The notes under the pieces: generated by a model | What the model was told of the DNA's origin: nothing | The model's input: the letters and a program-made list of their open reading frames with translations, nothing else | Databases searched by the model: none | Part shown: positions 20,677 to 31,529 of the stretch, in pieces | How the letters are laid out: every line of letters begins with the position of its first letter | Position numbering within the stretch: position 1 is the stretch's first letter | Made by a program: the position numbers and the translations under genes | Source: Candidatus Bathyarchaeota archaeon | GTDB lineage: Archaea > Thermoproteota > Bathyarchaeia > Bathyarchaeales > Bathycorpusculaceae | Length of the DNA: 64,000 nt | Direction of reading: 5' to 3' | Assembly: GCA_963707955.1 (NCBI GenBank) | Contig: OY970176.1 | Location: 2,208,001 to 2,272,000 of the forward strand

Positions 20677-21609
20677 TCATTTTACGATGAGGACTGAATG
20701 CATCGTGTAATGTAAAACATGGTTGCTTACACCATTGCCCCCCATGACTATGATATCAAAGTTTTCTTTCAGGGCGATCTCCGAGATTTTTCTAGCAGGG
20801 TCTCCGGACTCCAGTTTCTGTTCAAAACTCGTTCCCTTGAGCTTTTCTGCAGCATCAGCAAGAATGCCTTTGCCGATAGCCTTGGACACTTCAGGCCGCA
20901 AACCAAATAGATGCGATTCTTGGACGTGAAGCAATGTCAGTGCAGCATTGAGTTTATTACATAGTGCAGCAGCATACGTGAGCGCGTTCTCCGAACCCTC
21001 CGAGCCGTCAACCGGAACGAGTACCTTTGAAATTGAAACTGCCGCTTTTTCTCCGGCTACTAGGACAGGTATGTCCGACTGGCGCGATACCTTGTAAGCC
21101 ACGCTTCCTAGGTGGGTCTCCTTTTCTTTTTGCGCGTTCCGTCCCATGACTATCAAGTCATATTTTTTTCCGTCAGCTTCTTCCATCACGGCTTCGGCCA
21201 CGCTCTTATGCTCCACAACCTTCTGGTCGACATGCACGCCCTCCTCTTTGAACGTCAGCGCTGCGTCAGCAACGATATCTTCTCCCTGTTGGCGGTAAAT
21301 ACTGGTAAGCTCATCTTCTATTCTTTCCGAATAATGTGCACCAGCAGATGTCGGAGTCTCCCTATCAAAAGACATCTCTCCCCCAACGGCAACTCCAGGC
21401 TCAGCATCAGGTGACTCTGCGACGGTGCGACCTTCAATCAAGAAGTCTTTAAAGTGAGACCTCATCAGTTCATGAGTTACGACGTGAAAGACAGTTACTT
21501 CTGACTCCAGCTTCTTGGCGAGCAGAATCGCCAATTCCTGAGCAGAGAGCCCTGGATCCGAGCCGTCTGTTAGAAAGAGCATTTTCTTGAAAACATGTTC
21601 ACTTTCCAT
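20677..21609 (-). CDS. Tandem-domain universal stress protein
   Basis: Two Usp domains: TDGS...DLIVMG...LGSV and VPVDGS...DIIVMG. Confidence 0.88.
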   Translation of the reverse strand: MESEHVFKKMLFLTDGSDPGLSAQELAILLAKKLESEVTVFHVVTHELMRSHFKDFLIEGRTVAESPDAEPGVAVGGEMSFDRETPTSAGAHYSERIEDELTSIYRQQGEDIVADAALTFKEEGVHVDQKVVEHKSVAEAVMEEADGKKYDLIVMGRNAQKEKETHLGSVAYKVSRQSDIPVLVAGEKAAVSISKVLVPVDGSEGSENALTYAAALCNKLNAALTLLHVQESHLFGLRPEVSKAIGKGILADAAEKLKGTSFEQKLESGDPARKISEIALKENFDIIVMGGNGVSNHVLHYTMHSVLIVK

Positions 21610-21806
21610 AGGCCTTCAACCTGCGTTTCTTCTTAGTGTTCAACGCTTTATAAAGTCTTTTCGGAAACGCTGGTCTTTCACCGGTTGCAACGAACACTGT
21701 GCATCCTTTCTTTGGCGCTGTCACTCGCCGTTTGGACTCGGAGAAACCTTAAGAATGCTTGTGCACCATCACACTGATAGTTTTCACATGTGGTCTGAGG
21801 GTTTTT

Positions 21807-23180
21807 GTGGAAAAGTTTGACGTTCTCGTAATCGGTGCAGGCTCTGGGATGATAGTAGCCGCGAACGCCGTTGCCAACGGTCTGAAAACAGCGTTGGTTG
21901 AGTCTGGACCGATCGGGGGAACATGTGTAAACCGTGGGTGCGTGCCTTCGAAGATGCTGATTTACCCTGCAGATGTTGCGAGCGCGATTTATGAAGCCGA
22001 AAAACTGGGAATAAAAGCGACGATCGACACCATAGACTTTGACAGAATCATGAAGAGAACGCACAAGCTTGTTGCAGAAGATGTTGAACGACAGACAAGA
22101 GCCGTAGACGAAGATCCTAGGATCAGGTGGTTCAAAGGCAAGGGCGAGTTTGTTTCAGATTACACGCTGAAAACGGGAGAAGACGTGGTGAAAGCAGACA
22201 AGGTATTCATCGTTTCAGGGGCCAGGCCGGATGTTCCTGCGCTTAAGGGAATAGAGAATGTGAGTTTTTTGACAAGCGATACGGTGCTGAGCCTTGAGGC
22301 GCTGCCCAGGAGCATGGTTGTCATCGGAGGAGGGTACGTCGCTGCAGAGTATGGGCACTTCTTCTCCAGCTTAGGAAGCAAGGTGACGATGATTCAGAGA
22401 AACTCGAGAATCTTGCCTGACGAAGAACCGGAGATCTCTCAGCTATTAACAGAAGAGATGGGAAAAAGGATGGAGATTTTCACGAACTACGAGGCCGTTG
22501 AAGTTATGGAAAAAGGCAGCACTAAGGCAGTGGTAGCTAGAAGCCGAGTAAGTGGGCAGGTCAAGGAATTTTCTGGAGACGCTATTCTGATAGCCGCTGG
22601 ACGAGTTCCCAACTCGGACGTCCTCAAGCCAGAAAGAACAGGAGTCGAACTGGACAAGATGGGATTTGTGAGAGTAAACGAGTTTCTTGAAACCCGCAAG
22701 AAGAACATATTTGCGTTCGGCGACGCTATCGGCAAGCAAATGTTCAAGCACGTTGCAAACTATGAAGCCCAAGTTGCTTGGCACAACTCCGGGCATGATC
22801 ACAGGGTGAAGGTCGATTACAGCGCAGCGCCTCACGCGGTTTTCACGTACCCACAAGTCGCTTCAGTAGGCATGAAGGAAGCTGAGGCTTCGCAGTCAGG
22901 CTACAAGATTTTGGTTGGAAGAGCCTTTTACAAAGACACAGCACAGGGAGCTGCAATGGCTGAAACGGGAGGTTTCGTAAAAGTCATCGTTGAACAGGAA
23001 ACTGGAAGAATCCTCGGCGCACACATAATCGGTCCCTTTGCTTCTATGCTGATTCAGGAAATCATCAACGCGATGGCTTCAGGAGACGGGACTTTCGTTC
23101 CGATCTTTAGAGGATTACACATTCATCCCTCAATGACTGAAGTCGTTCAAAACGCGTTCAGCACCCTGAAACAGCCCTAG
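21807..23180 (+). CDS. Pyridine nucleotide-disulfide oxidoreductase (dihydrolipoamide dehydrogenase/mycothione reductase-like)
   Basis: GAGSG FAD fold, GGTCVNRGCVPSK redox disulfide, GGGYV, HIHPSMTE. Confidence 0.88.
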   Translation: MEKFDVLVIGAGSGMIVAANAVANGLKTALVESGPIGGTCVNRGCVPSKMLIYPADVASAIYEAEKLGIKATIDTIDFDRIMKRTHKLVAEDVERQTRAVDEDPRIRWFKGKGEFVSDYTLKTGEDVVKADKVFIVSGARPDVPALKGIENVSFLTSDTVLSLEALPRSMVVIGGGYVAAEYGHFFSSLGSKVTMIQRNSRILPDEEPEISQLLTEEMGKRMEIFTNYEAVEVMEKGSTKAVVARSRVSGQVKEFSGDAILIAAGRVPNSDVLKPERTGVELDKMGFVRVNEFLETRKKNIFAFGDAIGKQMFKHVANYEAQVAWHNSGHDHRVKVDYSAAPHAVFTYPQVASVGMKEAEASQSGYKILVGRAFYKDTAQGAAMAETGGFVKVIVEQETGRILGAHIIGPFASMLIQEIINAMASGDGTFVPIFRGLHIHPSMTEVVQNAFSTLKQP

Positions 23181-23338
23181 CAAGAATGCTATGGTTTCGA
23201 GGCAGAAAAGACTGTCAACGTCTGCGATTGCAATCGTTTTCTGAAAACAAGCTTCCAAGAATCTTGTATGAGTCGACGATGCTTCGTTCAAGGAAGCTAA
23301 ATTTTTATATCTAGGGCAATGATAACGCTCAATGCAAA

Positions 23339-23638
23339 ATGGTAAGTGATAGCGTGAACAAGGTCAAGGTTGCAGGCAAGAACAACAAGCACAAGGTGTT
23401 GATGTACGCGATAAGTACGTGTGCTTGGTGTAAGATGACGAAGAAATTCCTGAATGAAAACGATGTGGAGTACGAGTACGTTGACGTTGACTTGGCCAGT
23501 GACGAGGATCACGAGAAGATCAGAGAAGACATCATCAGCAAAGGAGGAGAACCTAGCTATCCGACGCTGATCATTGATAACGAAACTGTGATCACTGGTT
23601 TTCGCAAAGACAAGATTGAAGAGGCGTTAGAGCTTTGA
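23339..23638 (+). CDS. Glutaredoxin (NrdH-like)
   Basis: STCAWC, SYPTL, GF motifs. Confidence 0.88.
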   Translation: MVSDSVNKVKVAGKNNKHKVLMYAISTCAWCKMTKKFLNENDVEYEYVDVDLASDEDHEKIREDIISKGGEPSYPTLIIDNETVITGFRKDKIEEALEL

Positions 23639-24189
23639 TAACCGTTGAACAAGTGCGGCAGAGAGCCGAGGCTGACGCCAAGACAAACGGTTACTATCTA
23701 AACCCTGCCCCGGAGTTTCTCAAAGATCTGCTGGAAGGGTTGAAGCGAAACGAGGAGAGATACGGATACCCATCGTGTCCTTGCAGACTTGCCTCAGGAA
23801 AGTTCGAGTTGGACAGAGACATATTTTGTCCATGCGACTATCGAGACCCCGACGTTGCAGAACACGGATGCTGCTACTGCGCCCTGTACGTCCGAAAGGA
23901 CTTGTACGAAGGCAAGACCCCTATCCTTCCGATTCCAGAACGCAGACCCGCGGACAAGCAGGCCAGAGCCTATGCTGCAACTGCAACTGGAGAGGCAACT
24001 GCGGGAACGGCGGCTGAAAAGACGCCAGTCGTGAAGGCTGAGGGACAGTCTGTTGAGGTGAAGAAGAAACTATGGTATTGCAGGCAGTGTGGTTACGTGG
24101 TGTTTCGCGAAGACCCGCCCTACGTTTGCCCGATATGCAAGGCCAAGAGAGAGATGTTTGCAAGAATAGAGATCAGCCCAAGCGGGTAA
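23635..24189 (+). CDS. Ferredoxin:thioredoxin/disulfide reductase catalytic subunit with C-terminal rubredoxin domain
   Basis: CPC...CPC...CYC FTR motifs; CRQCG...CPIC; overlaps the glutaredoxin stop. Confidence 0.88.
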   Translation: MITVEQVRQRAEADAKTNGYYLNPAPEFLKDLLEGLKRNEERYGYPSCPCRLASGKFELDRDIFCPCDYRDPDVAEHGCCYCALYVRKDLYEGKTPILPIPERRPADKQARAYAATATGEATAGTAAEKTPVVKAEGQSVEVKKKLWYCRQCGYVVFREDPPYVCPICKAKREMFARIEISPSG

Positions 24190-24210
24190 GACGAAAGCAG
24201 AGATCACCGT

Positions 24211-24367
24211 TCACTTTGTGACTGTTATTTCGATTCTCTTCCAGGTTTTGTTTATCCCCCGCAGGGACGTAACTGCGCCTACAACGGTTCCGCCGAGAAT
24301 CTTGCTGACGAATTCGTTCAGGGCGATCTCTTCACCGTCAACCGAGAGCTTGGTTTCCAGAGGCCAT
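24211..24367 (-). pseudogene. Small protein (KLSVDGEEIALNEFV type), frameshifted
   Basis: AGGAGGTG RBS + ATG 24367; the conserved-looking core reads in a different frame. Confidence 0.45.
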
Positions 24368-24453
24368 CACCTCCTAGCTAGGTTAGTGAGTTAAGTGTAA
24401 AAGTTTTCTGTAAACCTTTTAGGCAGGGCAGACCACTGAAAATTGGCAAGAAG

Positions 24454-25119
24454 ATGAAGGATAAGACGAGGTTTACGGAGAAGGAAAACAGACGCAGAGT
24501 GTTGAGGATAATCGGCCTTCTTGAGAAGGAGTTTCCCGACGCCAAGATAGCTCTGAACTACACTGGCCCTCTTGAGCTTCTCGTCGCGACGATTCTTTCC
24601 GCGCAGTGCACCGATGAAAGAGTTAACATTGTCACAGAGTCGCTTTTCAAGAAGTACAGGAAAGCAGAGGACTATGCAAAAGCCGACTTAGCTGAACTTG
24701 AAAGGGAGATAAGGTCGACGGGCTTCTACAGGAACAAGGCGAGAAACATCAAGAACGCTGGGGAAATGCTGGTTCAAAAGTTCAACTCTCACGTTCCTGA
24801 GACAATGGAGGAGATTCTTGAGTTGCCCGGTGTTGCTCGGAAAACGGCTAACATAGTTCTTCAGAACGCGTACGGCGTTGTTGAAGGAATAGCCGTGGAC
24901 ACTCACGTGCGAAGAGTTGCAGCAAGACTTGGACTTACGGGCAATGAGGACCCGGAGAAGATAGAACAGGACTTGATGACCATTGTGCCGAGGGAGAAGT
25001 GGATGAGGATAACGGACCTGCTTATCTTTCTTGGGAGAAGAGTCTGCACTGCGAAGAAGCCCACGTGTGAACTGTGCGTTTTAAACAAGCTGTGTCCGTC
25101 TGCCTTCACCTTCGCTTGA
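24454..25119 (+). CDS. nth: Endonuclease III
   Basis: ILSAQCTD, HhH LPGVARKTA, VDTHV, C-terminal CX6CX2CX5C Fe-S motif. Confidence 0.95.
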   Translation: MKDKTRFTEKENRRRVLRIIGLLEKEFPDAKIALNYTGPLELLVATILSAQCTDERVNIVTESLFKKYRKAEDYAKADLAELEREIRSTGFYRNKARNIKNAGEMLVQKFNSHVPETMEEILELPGVARKTANIVLQNAYGVVEGIAVDTHVRRVAARLGLTGNEDPEKIEQDLMTIVPREKWMRITDLLIFLGRRVCTAKKPTCELCVLNKLCPSAFTFA

Positions 25120-25197
25120 AGGGTTTAGCGTCGATTTATAAGGTGCAGCGCCACGATATCTTGTCAGAGTGACAGATGGTTTACGAGAAGTGGAGGG

Positions 25198-26160
25198 TTG
25201 AGGTTGGTAACTCAGCATGTTGATGGTCCGAAAATCGTGGTTGTAGGCGCGGGTTTCGTGGGGTCAACGTTTGCCTACTCGCTGTTGATTCGAGGGTTGG
25301 CTTCTCAGATCGCGATTATAGACGTTGACAGGGACCGAGCTGAGGGGGAGGTTATGGACCTGAACCACGGTCTACCCTTCGCGTACCCGACTAGGATTTG
25401 GGCAGGCGATTATTCTGACTGTGAGGGCGCCGACATCGTGGTCATCGCAGTGGACAAGGGACAGAAGATTGAGCAGTCACGGTTGGAGCTGGCCGACGGC
25501 AACTTTCAGGTTATGAAGCAGATAGTTCCAAGCATTACGAGGTACAACAAGGAGTGCATCCTGCTCGTGGTGACCAACCCGCTGGACGTTATGACTTACG
25601 CGGCTCTCAAACTGTCGGGGCTGTCGAAGAACAGGGTGATCGGGTCTGGAACGATCTTGGACACGGCGCGGTTTCGCTACCTGCTCGGCGAGTACCTTCA
25701 AGTCGACTCTAGGAACGTGCACGCTTACATCATCGGCGAACACGGGGATAGCGAGGTGCCTGTGTGGAGCTTGGCAAACGTTGCGGGAATCAGGCTGAAA
25801 GACTATTGCCCGATATGCAGGGTTCCGTACAACATGGAAGATTTCAACAGCCTTTTCCTAAAAGTGAGAAGCGCTGGAGTCGAAATCATAAGGCGGAAGG
25901 GCAGAACGTTCTACGCGGTCGCTCTGGGAATGACGAAGATCGTGGAGAGCATACTTCGAAACGAGAACGCCGTCGTGACAGTGTCCTGTCTGCTGGAGGG
26001 CTATCACGGTGTCAGCGACGTCTGCCTAAGCGTCCCAGTGGTTCTCGGCCGAGAAGGTGTGAAGGAAGTCATAGAACTCCCCTTAGACGAGAAGGAGACG
26101 ACAGAATTCCAAGAATCCGCAGCGATCGTTAAGAACGTTGTGAATTCCCTAGGACTCTAA
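25198..26160 (+). CDS. ldh: L-lactate dehydrogenase
   Basis: GAGFVG, Q-type substrate loop, VTNPLD, GT.LDTAR, GEHGDS. Confidence 0.85.
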   Translation: MRLVTQHVDGPKIVVVGAGFVGSTFAYSLLIRGLASQIAIIDVDRDRAEGEVMDLNHGLPFAYPTRIWAGDYSDCEGADIVVIAVDKGQKIEQSRLELADGNFQVMKQIVPSITRYNKECILLVVTNPLDVMTYAALKLSGLSKNRVIGSGTILDTARFRYLLGEYLQVDSRNVHAYIIGEHGDSEVPVWSLANVAGIRLKDYCPICRVPYNMEDFNSLFLKVRSAGVEIIRRKGRTFYAVALGMTKIVESILRNENAVVTVSCLLEGYHGVSDVCLSVPVVLGREGVKEVIELPLDEKETTEFQESAAIVKNVVNSLGL

Positions 26161-26282
26161 GGCACTGAAAGCGCAGGCGTTAACTTTCGCTGTTTCGCGT
26201 TTTCACTCGCGCGGTTTGTCAGAAATCTGAAAACTTCAGGAACTAGTTTTGCCAAGGAGCTGTGCGGACTTGCTTGACTACG

Positions 26283-26519
26283 CTATGTTCCACTGAGTCT
26301 CATTTGCCTCTCTGCCTTTCGCATGAAATCCTCAATCATCGGCTGCATAGATTTAGGGTATCGGGCGATGCACGCGTGCCCTTCGCTTGGCTCTAAGAAA
26401 CATTCCAGTAGCTTCTTTTGCAGAATTTCCTGTTGAACTTGTCTTTCGACTTTCCAGCCGAGCTTCATACTGTCGACGGTTTCAGCGTTGAGCAGTGTAG
26501 CCTTTTTCCGTTTCTTCAT
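26283..26519 (-). CDS. Hypothetical small protein
   Basis: 78-aa ORF with GAGGG upstream. Confidence 0.45.
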   Translation of the reverse strand: MKKRKKATLLNAETVDSMKLGWKVERQVQQEILQKKLLECFLEPSEGHACIARYPKSMQPMIEDFMRKAERQMRLSGT

Positions 26520-26755
26520 GCCCTCAACACCTCTGTCATCATAGTCTTATATCGCGAATCTCAAGATAACATTTCTTTCAAATCCCGATACGTATCGAAA
26601 AACGGAATATTCTGCTCTCCAACAGCTCAAAACCAGCCCAACGCTGGAGTCGTTCGAGTGACCACATCTTTTTCTGATTCCTCATGGGTGGTGACCACTT
26701 TTTTCCACAACGCTATTGAGCACTGACCACAGTTTGATTTCATCGGTGGAGCAGA

Positions 26756-27724
26756 TTGCCACAGTATTGCATTGAGACGAGCGATCTGACGATGCGTTAT
26801 GGTAGCCTAGTGGCTGTTGACCATATTTCTTTCAACGTGGAGAAGGGTGAGGTTTTCGGTTTTTTGGGTCCAAACGGCGCTGGCAAATCGACGACTATTA
26901 AGATGTTGACGACGCTCTTGCGGCCGACGAGCGGCAAGGCCACCGTCCTTGGGTTTGACGTTGTCTCTGAAGGAGGCAAGATCAGGCCTAGGATAGGAGT
27001 CGTGCAGCAGGAGCCGAGCTACGAGATGGCGTTGAGTGTGGAAGGAAATCTTGACATGTACGGGTTTTTGTGGAACGTGCCCAAGAAGGAGAGAAAGGAG
27101 AGGATCGAGCTTCTTCTCGACAAGTTTGGTTTGGAGGAGGCGCGGAAGACGGTTGCGCCTGAGTTGTCAATTGGGCAGAGAAGGCGTCTGCAGGTTGCGA
27201 GAGAGTTCATGCACGATTCTGAGCTCATGTTTCTAGACGAACCCACGACTGGCTTGGACCCTCAGGCCAGAAGAGTGACCTTGGATTTCGTGCGGGAGAA
27301 GGTGAGAAACGGTGTGACCGTTTTCTTCACGACGCACATAATGGAGGAAGCCGAGTACGTTTGCGACAGAATAGCCATAATCAACCACGGACAGATCCTG
27401 GCCTTAGACACTATAGAGAATGTTAAGCACAGGTTTGGAGCGGTAAGCGTTATCCACCTGCGTTTCGCTGAGTACACTAGCGATTTGGACCGAAAACTGC
27501 AGAGTTTGCCGGGCGTTCAGAAAATTGTCCCTCCGCAGCAGAGGGACGAGCCGTTGAAGTTGTATGCAGAAGATGCGAACGTGGTGATGCCCAGAATAAT
27601 CGATGCGGCAACGACCCTCGGAGCGCGCATAACAGAACTCAGGATAGAGGAGCCATCACTGGATGACGTCTTCATTCAGATGGTGAATTCGAAGGGAGTG
27701 AAGCGCGATGAACAGTTTTCTTAG
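26756..27724 (+). CDS. ABC exporter ATP-binding subunit (DrrA-like)
   Basis: GPNGAGKS Walker A, LSIGQ, FLDEPTTGLDP, TTH. Confidence 0.92.
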   Translation: MPQYCIETSDLTMRYGSLVAVDHISFNVEKGEVFGFLGPNGAGKSTTIKMLTTLLRPTSGKATVLGFDVVSEGGKIRPRIGVVQQEPSYEMALSVEGNLDMYGFLWNVPKKERKERIELLLDKFGLEEARKTVAPELSIGQRRRLQVAREFMHDSELMFLDEPTTGLDPQARRVTLDFVREKVRNGVTVFFTTHIMEEAEYVCDRIAIINHGQILALDTIENVKHRFGAVSVIHLRFAEYTSDLDRKLQSLPGVQKIVPPQQRDEPLKLYAEDANVVMPRIIDAATTLGARITELRIEEPSLDDVFIQMVNSKGVKRDEQFS

Positions 27725-28475
27725 ATTGTTGTACAGGGACCTAAGGGCTGGACTTTGGTCAACCAAATCCATCATGGCTGTCCAGCTTGTAACCCCGCTG
27801 TTCTACATCTTCGTCGCCGGGTTCGTCTATGGAGCCATCATCGATCCAAAAACGATTGCTGCCAGCGGAGCGATCAGTTACGTCCTCTTTCTCGCCCCAG
27901 GAGTCGTTGTCATGCAGATAATGTTTGCCGCGTCTATGGCCGGAGCGATGCTTTGGGTTGACAAGAGGCTGGCCATGTTCTCGCAGATAGTTGTAGGGCC
28001 GTTCAGCAGGTGGCAGTACATACTTAGCAAGCTGGTTTCTATCATGCTTCAAGGAATGCTGAACGCGTTCTTGGTTTTTCTCATCGCCTCTCCGTTACTT
28101 GCAGGGCTGAAAATCTCCCTAGAAGGGGCGCTCTACATTGCCGGTTCGCTTCTGTTGGGGGCTCTCTTCTTCGGTTCTCTGACGCTGGCCATTTCTGTGT
28201 TCATAAAATCCAACGAGGCGTTCAACGCGATTCTCAACGTGTTGTTCACCCCTCTGATGTTTCTGAGTTCAGTCTACTACCCTCTGGAAAAAGCGCCGTT
28301 TGCAATTCAAGTCGTTTCATTGGCTAATCCTTTAACCTACGCTGCAGACATGCTCAGAGCCGGACTCCTGCAGGTTTACGTTCCCCTCCTGCCTATCGAG
28401 ATAGCAGCACTCGTAGTTGAGAGTCTCATCGCCTTCGCAGCCGCGACAGTTGCCTTCAGACGAGTTAAACCTTAA
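27708..28475 (+). CDS. ABC-2 type permease
   Basis: Six TM helices; P.MFLSSVYYP...NPLTY motif; overlaps the ATPase gene. Confidence 0.9.
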   Translation: MNSFLRLLYRDLRAGLWSTKSIMAVQLVTPLFYIFVAGFVYGAIIDPKTIAASGAISYVLFLAPGVVVMQIMFAASMAGAMLWVDKRLAMFSQIVVGPFSRWQYILSKLVSIMLQGMLNAFLVFLIASPLLAGLKISLEGALYIAGSLLLGALFFGSLTLAISVFIKSNEAFNAILNVLFTPLMFLSSVYYPLEKAPFAIQVVSLANPLTYAADMLRAGLLQVYVPLLPIEIAALVVESLIAFAAATVAFRRVKP

Positions 28476-28775
28476 CCATCGATTCGAACGAATGCCACCG
28501 AATTCGAGAAGAACAAACGAGAACGCGCCCGCCTTTCCGGCAGGCTGGCGTGTTGGTTGCAACACCACAAGCAGTGGAGACATCTCCCGAAGACCCTACT
28601 TTTAGTAGGATTTCGGATTCACATATCATATCGCCAAAAGAACAAAGTGAAGACAGCGACATATAAGGAATATGTCGAAAGCGTAGAACAAGAAAACACG
28701 CTATGAACTCGCACTTTTTGGTTTGGAGCAAGTCTTATCCAGAGCAGTCCAACATATGTAGGTGAGATAGAAAGC

Positions 28776-29279
28776 ATGAACAAGAAGGTTCCGCATAAGT
28801 TTCAGGAAAAAATGGAACTCACTTATGAGCAATATTTCCAGACCGACCAGTCCATGGTGGAATTGGCTAAGGCTTTCGAGCATGCTCTGGGCAAAGACAG
28901 AACTTTCGAAATAATTAGAAAGTGGGCTGAAAAGTCTAGGGTAGAGCTTGCCAAGAAACAGACGTCTAAGAAGCCAATCAAAAACTTTGAAGACTTCAAA
29001 CTGTTCTTCAAAGAGTTATACGGGTCTCCCTTGTGGGCGCATGCGTTGACATTGACCTATCCAGAAGAAACGCCCAAGAAATTGAGCTGCCACATAACAG
29101 AGTGTTTAGGTGCTAAGACCTTCAAGGAAGTGAACGCCACAGACCTTGGCTACATCCTATTCTGCCGCACCGATTTTGCAATGGCAAGAGCCTATCACCC
29201 GAAACTAAGACTAAAACGGACAAAAACCCTGATGCAAGGAGACAGCTACTGCAACCACACATATTACTGGAAAGAATGA
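28776..29279 (+). CDS. L-2-amino-thiazoline-4-carboxylate hydrolase-like protein
   Basis: ITEC, FC.TD, L.RTKTLMQGD.YCNH.Y motifs. Confidence 0.75.
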   Translation: MNKKVPHKFQEKMELTYEQYFQTDQSMVELAKAFEHALGKDRTFEIIRKWAEKSRVELAKKQTSKKPIKNFEDFKLFFKELYGSPLWAHALTLTYPEETPKKLSCHITECLGAKTFKEVNATDLGYILFCRTDFAMARAYHPKLRLKRTKTLMQGDSYCNHTYYWKE

Positions 29280-29356
29280 ACGGCAAGAAACACCCAGTCT
29301 CGCACGTTACTTTCGGTTTGGCTAGGACTTTTCCGCAAAACCAAAACTGACTTTCT

Positions 29357-29893
29357 TCAAGCAGTCTTTGTTAGTATTTTTGGTTCTTTCCATTCTTCCC
29401 TGAGAATGCTAAAGAGGAACATGTCTGTCCATTCTCCTCTGCAGAAGTAGCACTTTCGCATTGTTCCTTCTCTCTTAAACCCCACCTTTTCCAGAATCTT
29501 CTGAGAAATCACATTCTTGGTGTGAGTCGTTGCTACTATTCGAACAATGTCCTTTGAAAGGAAAAGATAGTCCACCATTAGCTGTGCAGCTTCAGTGGAA
29601 TATCCTTTTCCTCTTTCGCTTGGAACGAGACCATAGGCTAGTTCTAACATATTCATATAAGTATTAAGAAAGTTGAAATGCATAATCCAACCAATTTTGC
29701 TTCCGTCTTTCTTCTCAATGATAAAATGCTTCGTTTCGAGAACAGTACTCTCTAGGAACCTCTCCATCCCTGCCCTAGTACCCTGTGTTGGAGAGAAATA
29801 TTCAGCAAAGTCTGGGTTACTCCACCAGTCCACAAGAAATGGCACGTCCTCTTTCTCCGCTACCCTCAGGTTCACATTCTTGCCTTCAAGCAA
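29357..29893 (-). CDS. RimJ/RimL-type GNAT acetyltransferase
   Basis: ERGKGY.TEA, N..SQKILEKVGFKREG. Confidence 0.88.
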   Translation of the reverse strand: MLEGKNVNLRVAEKEDVPFLVDWWSNPDFAEYFSPTQGTRAGMERFLESTVLETKHFIIEKKDGSKIGWIMHFNFLNTYMNMLELAYGLVPSERGKGYSTEAAQLMVDYLFLSKDIVRIVATTHTKNVISQKILEKVGFKREGTMRKCYFCRGEWTDMFLFSILREEWKEPKILTKTA

Positions 29894-29997
29894 TCAACGT
29901 CACCACTCAAAACGATAAGAGCAGTCCAGCTTTAACTCTTCCGCAAAACCAAAAAATGGCTTTCTTCAAGAGGCGTGCTTTCAAGGCAAATGAGCAA

Positions 29998-30579
29998 TCA
30001 AAAGATTATCTTGGTTGCTTCATATTTATCTCTAACAATTTCTTTTGCCTCAGGGATTAGTTTGCTCCAACTTCGGTTCAATTTATCCCTCAACCATTTC
30101 GTACCTTCATCTATATCCATTCCAAGTCTAACAAAAACAAAGTAAAGAAGTGCAGGTATTCGGTCAAAGTGTGCCATCGCATCGGCACTTGCAACGCATT
30201 TTGCTTCTAGAGTTTCTCTGCTAATTGCCTTACTCCCTCTGTGGGAATAAATACAATGCTTGACTTTTTCGATTTTTTCTTGCGGATACTTGAACCTTTT
30301 CAGAATCTTTTCCGCCTCTTCAGCACCGAGCAAGTGGTGGTTCTCATAGTTGTCTCTATCCTTAATGCCTGCAATGTCGTGTAGCAAGGCTGCAATTTCC
30401 ACGATTTCTTCATCAGCATGCAATTTCCTCGCAAGAAACTTACCATATCTTACAACAGAAAGAATATGATAAGTCCAAATCTGGTCGCCGAAAGTGTTTG
30501 TATCCTTTTTGCATTCTTCTTCGACAAGTTTTCTAATCTTCTCAACAATCCTCGAATCCATATTCCTGCCCTCAAGCAA
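29998..30579 (-). CDS. HD-domain phosphohydrolase
   Basis: YH..SV, ALLHDI, HH, SH, SADA motifs; start TTG 30579 or ATG 30561. Confidence 0.85.
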   Translation of the reverse strand: MLEGRNMDSRIVEKIRKLVEEECKKDTNTFGDQIWTYHILSVVRYGKFLARKLHADEEIVEIAALLHDIAGIKDRDNYENHHLLGAEEAEKILKRFKYPQEKIEKVKHCIYSHRGSKAISRETLEAKCVASADAMAHFDRIPALLYFVFVRLGMDIDEGTKWLRDKLNRSWSKLIPEAKEIVRDKYEATKIIF

Positions 30580-30689
30580 TCCAAATAGCCAATCCACACA
30601 GTCACTTTCGATTCAGCTATAACTTTTCCGCAAAACCAAAAACTGGCTAACAAACAATCATAGAAGAATGCTCTACTGTCGTCCAGATA

Positions 30690-31529
30690 CTAGTTTTCTT
30701 TTTTTACAGCTACTACTTGAAGATGACTTCCTATTCCAGCAATGTGTGGGTCTTTGTAGATTCTGCTCAGCATCTTTTTCAGTTTTTCTTTTTCTGCTTT
30801 GTTTTCAAAAATCTCTCTTCGCTTTTCTGAGGGAAGAGTTTCTACAAATATGTCAAGCATGCCCGTGCGTAGACCTAATGGCTTTCCGACAATCCGAACC
30901 GTGTTCAAGCCGTGCTTTTGTAAAAGTGATATAAGCTCGATTGGAGTGAACGATTTGGAATCAAAATTCGCTTCTTCTTCTGCAGGCGATATTCCAATTT
31001 GTAGAAAATCAAGTATGTAGTCAAGGGGTTTGCCTTGTGATAACATTTTGAGCGCACGATAGAATGTGCTGTCCACTCCAGCAACAAAATGGCAGTTTGG
31101 TTTAAGCACTCTCGACAATTCGCTCACAGCTTTCTCTGGGTCGCCACAGATGGATATTGGGTCTGCTTCAGAAAGAACAAAGTCAAAACTCATGTCAGGA
31201 TGTGGAACAGACCGAATGTCACCTTGCAAAACTTCAATGCGTTCCCCAAGCATATCTTTACTTATTCTCCTTTTCGCTGTTTTCAGAAGCTCCCCAGTTA
31301 TGTCCAGAAGCTCAACCGAGCACTTTCTTGTTTTAACCATTTTTCTCGACCAAACACCAGCACCGCCGCCTGCATCAAGAATCCATCCCTGCCTAGGAAG
31401 AAAAGGTTCAAGGTTCTCCCATGTTATCTCATCATAGATAGCATCATCCCCAACCTCTCTGTAATATTCTTCTTCAGCTTCTCTTCTGTGGTATTCAACG
31501 ATTCTTGCGACACGCTCTTCGTTAGCCAT
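30690..31529 (-). CDS. Class I SAM-dependent methyltransferase
   Basis: ILDAGGGAG motif I, SFDFV, RVLKP. Confidence 0.85.
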   Translation of the reverse strand: MANEERVARIVEYHRREAEEEYYREVGDDAIYDEITWENLEPFLPRQGWILDAGGGAGVWSRKMVKTRKCSVELLDITGELLKTAKRRISKDMLGERIEVLQGDIRSVPHPDMSFDFVLSEADPISICGDPEKAVSELSRVLKPNCHFVAGVDSTFYRALKMLSQGKPLDYILDFLQIGISPAEEEANFDSKSFTPIELISLLQKHGLNTVRIVGKPLGLRTGMLDIFVETLPSEKRREIFENKAEKEKLKKMLSRIYKDPHIAGIGSHLQVVAVKKEN

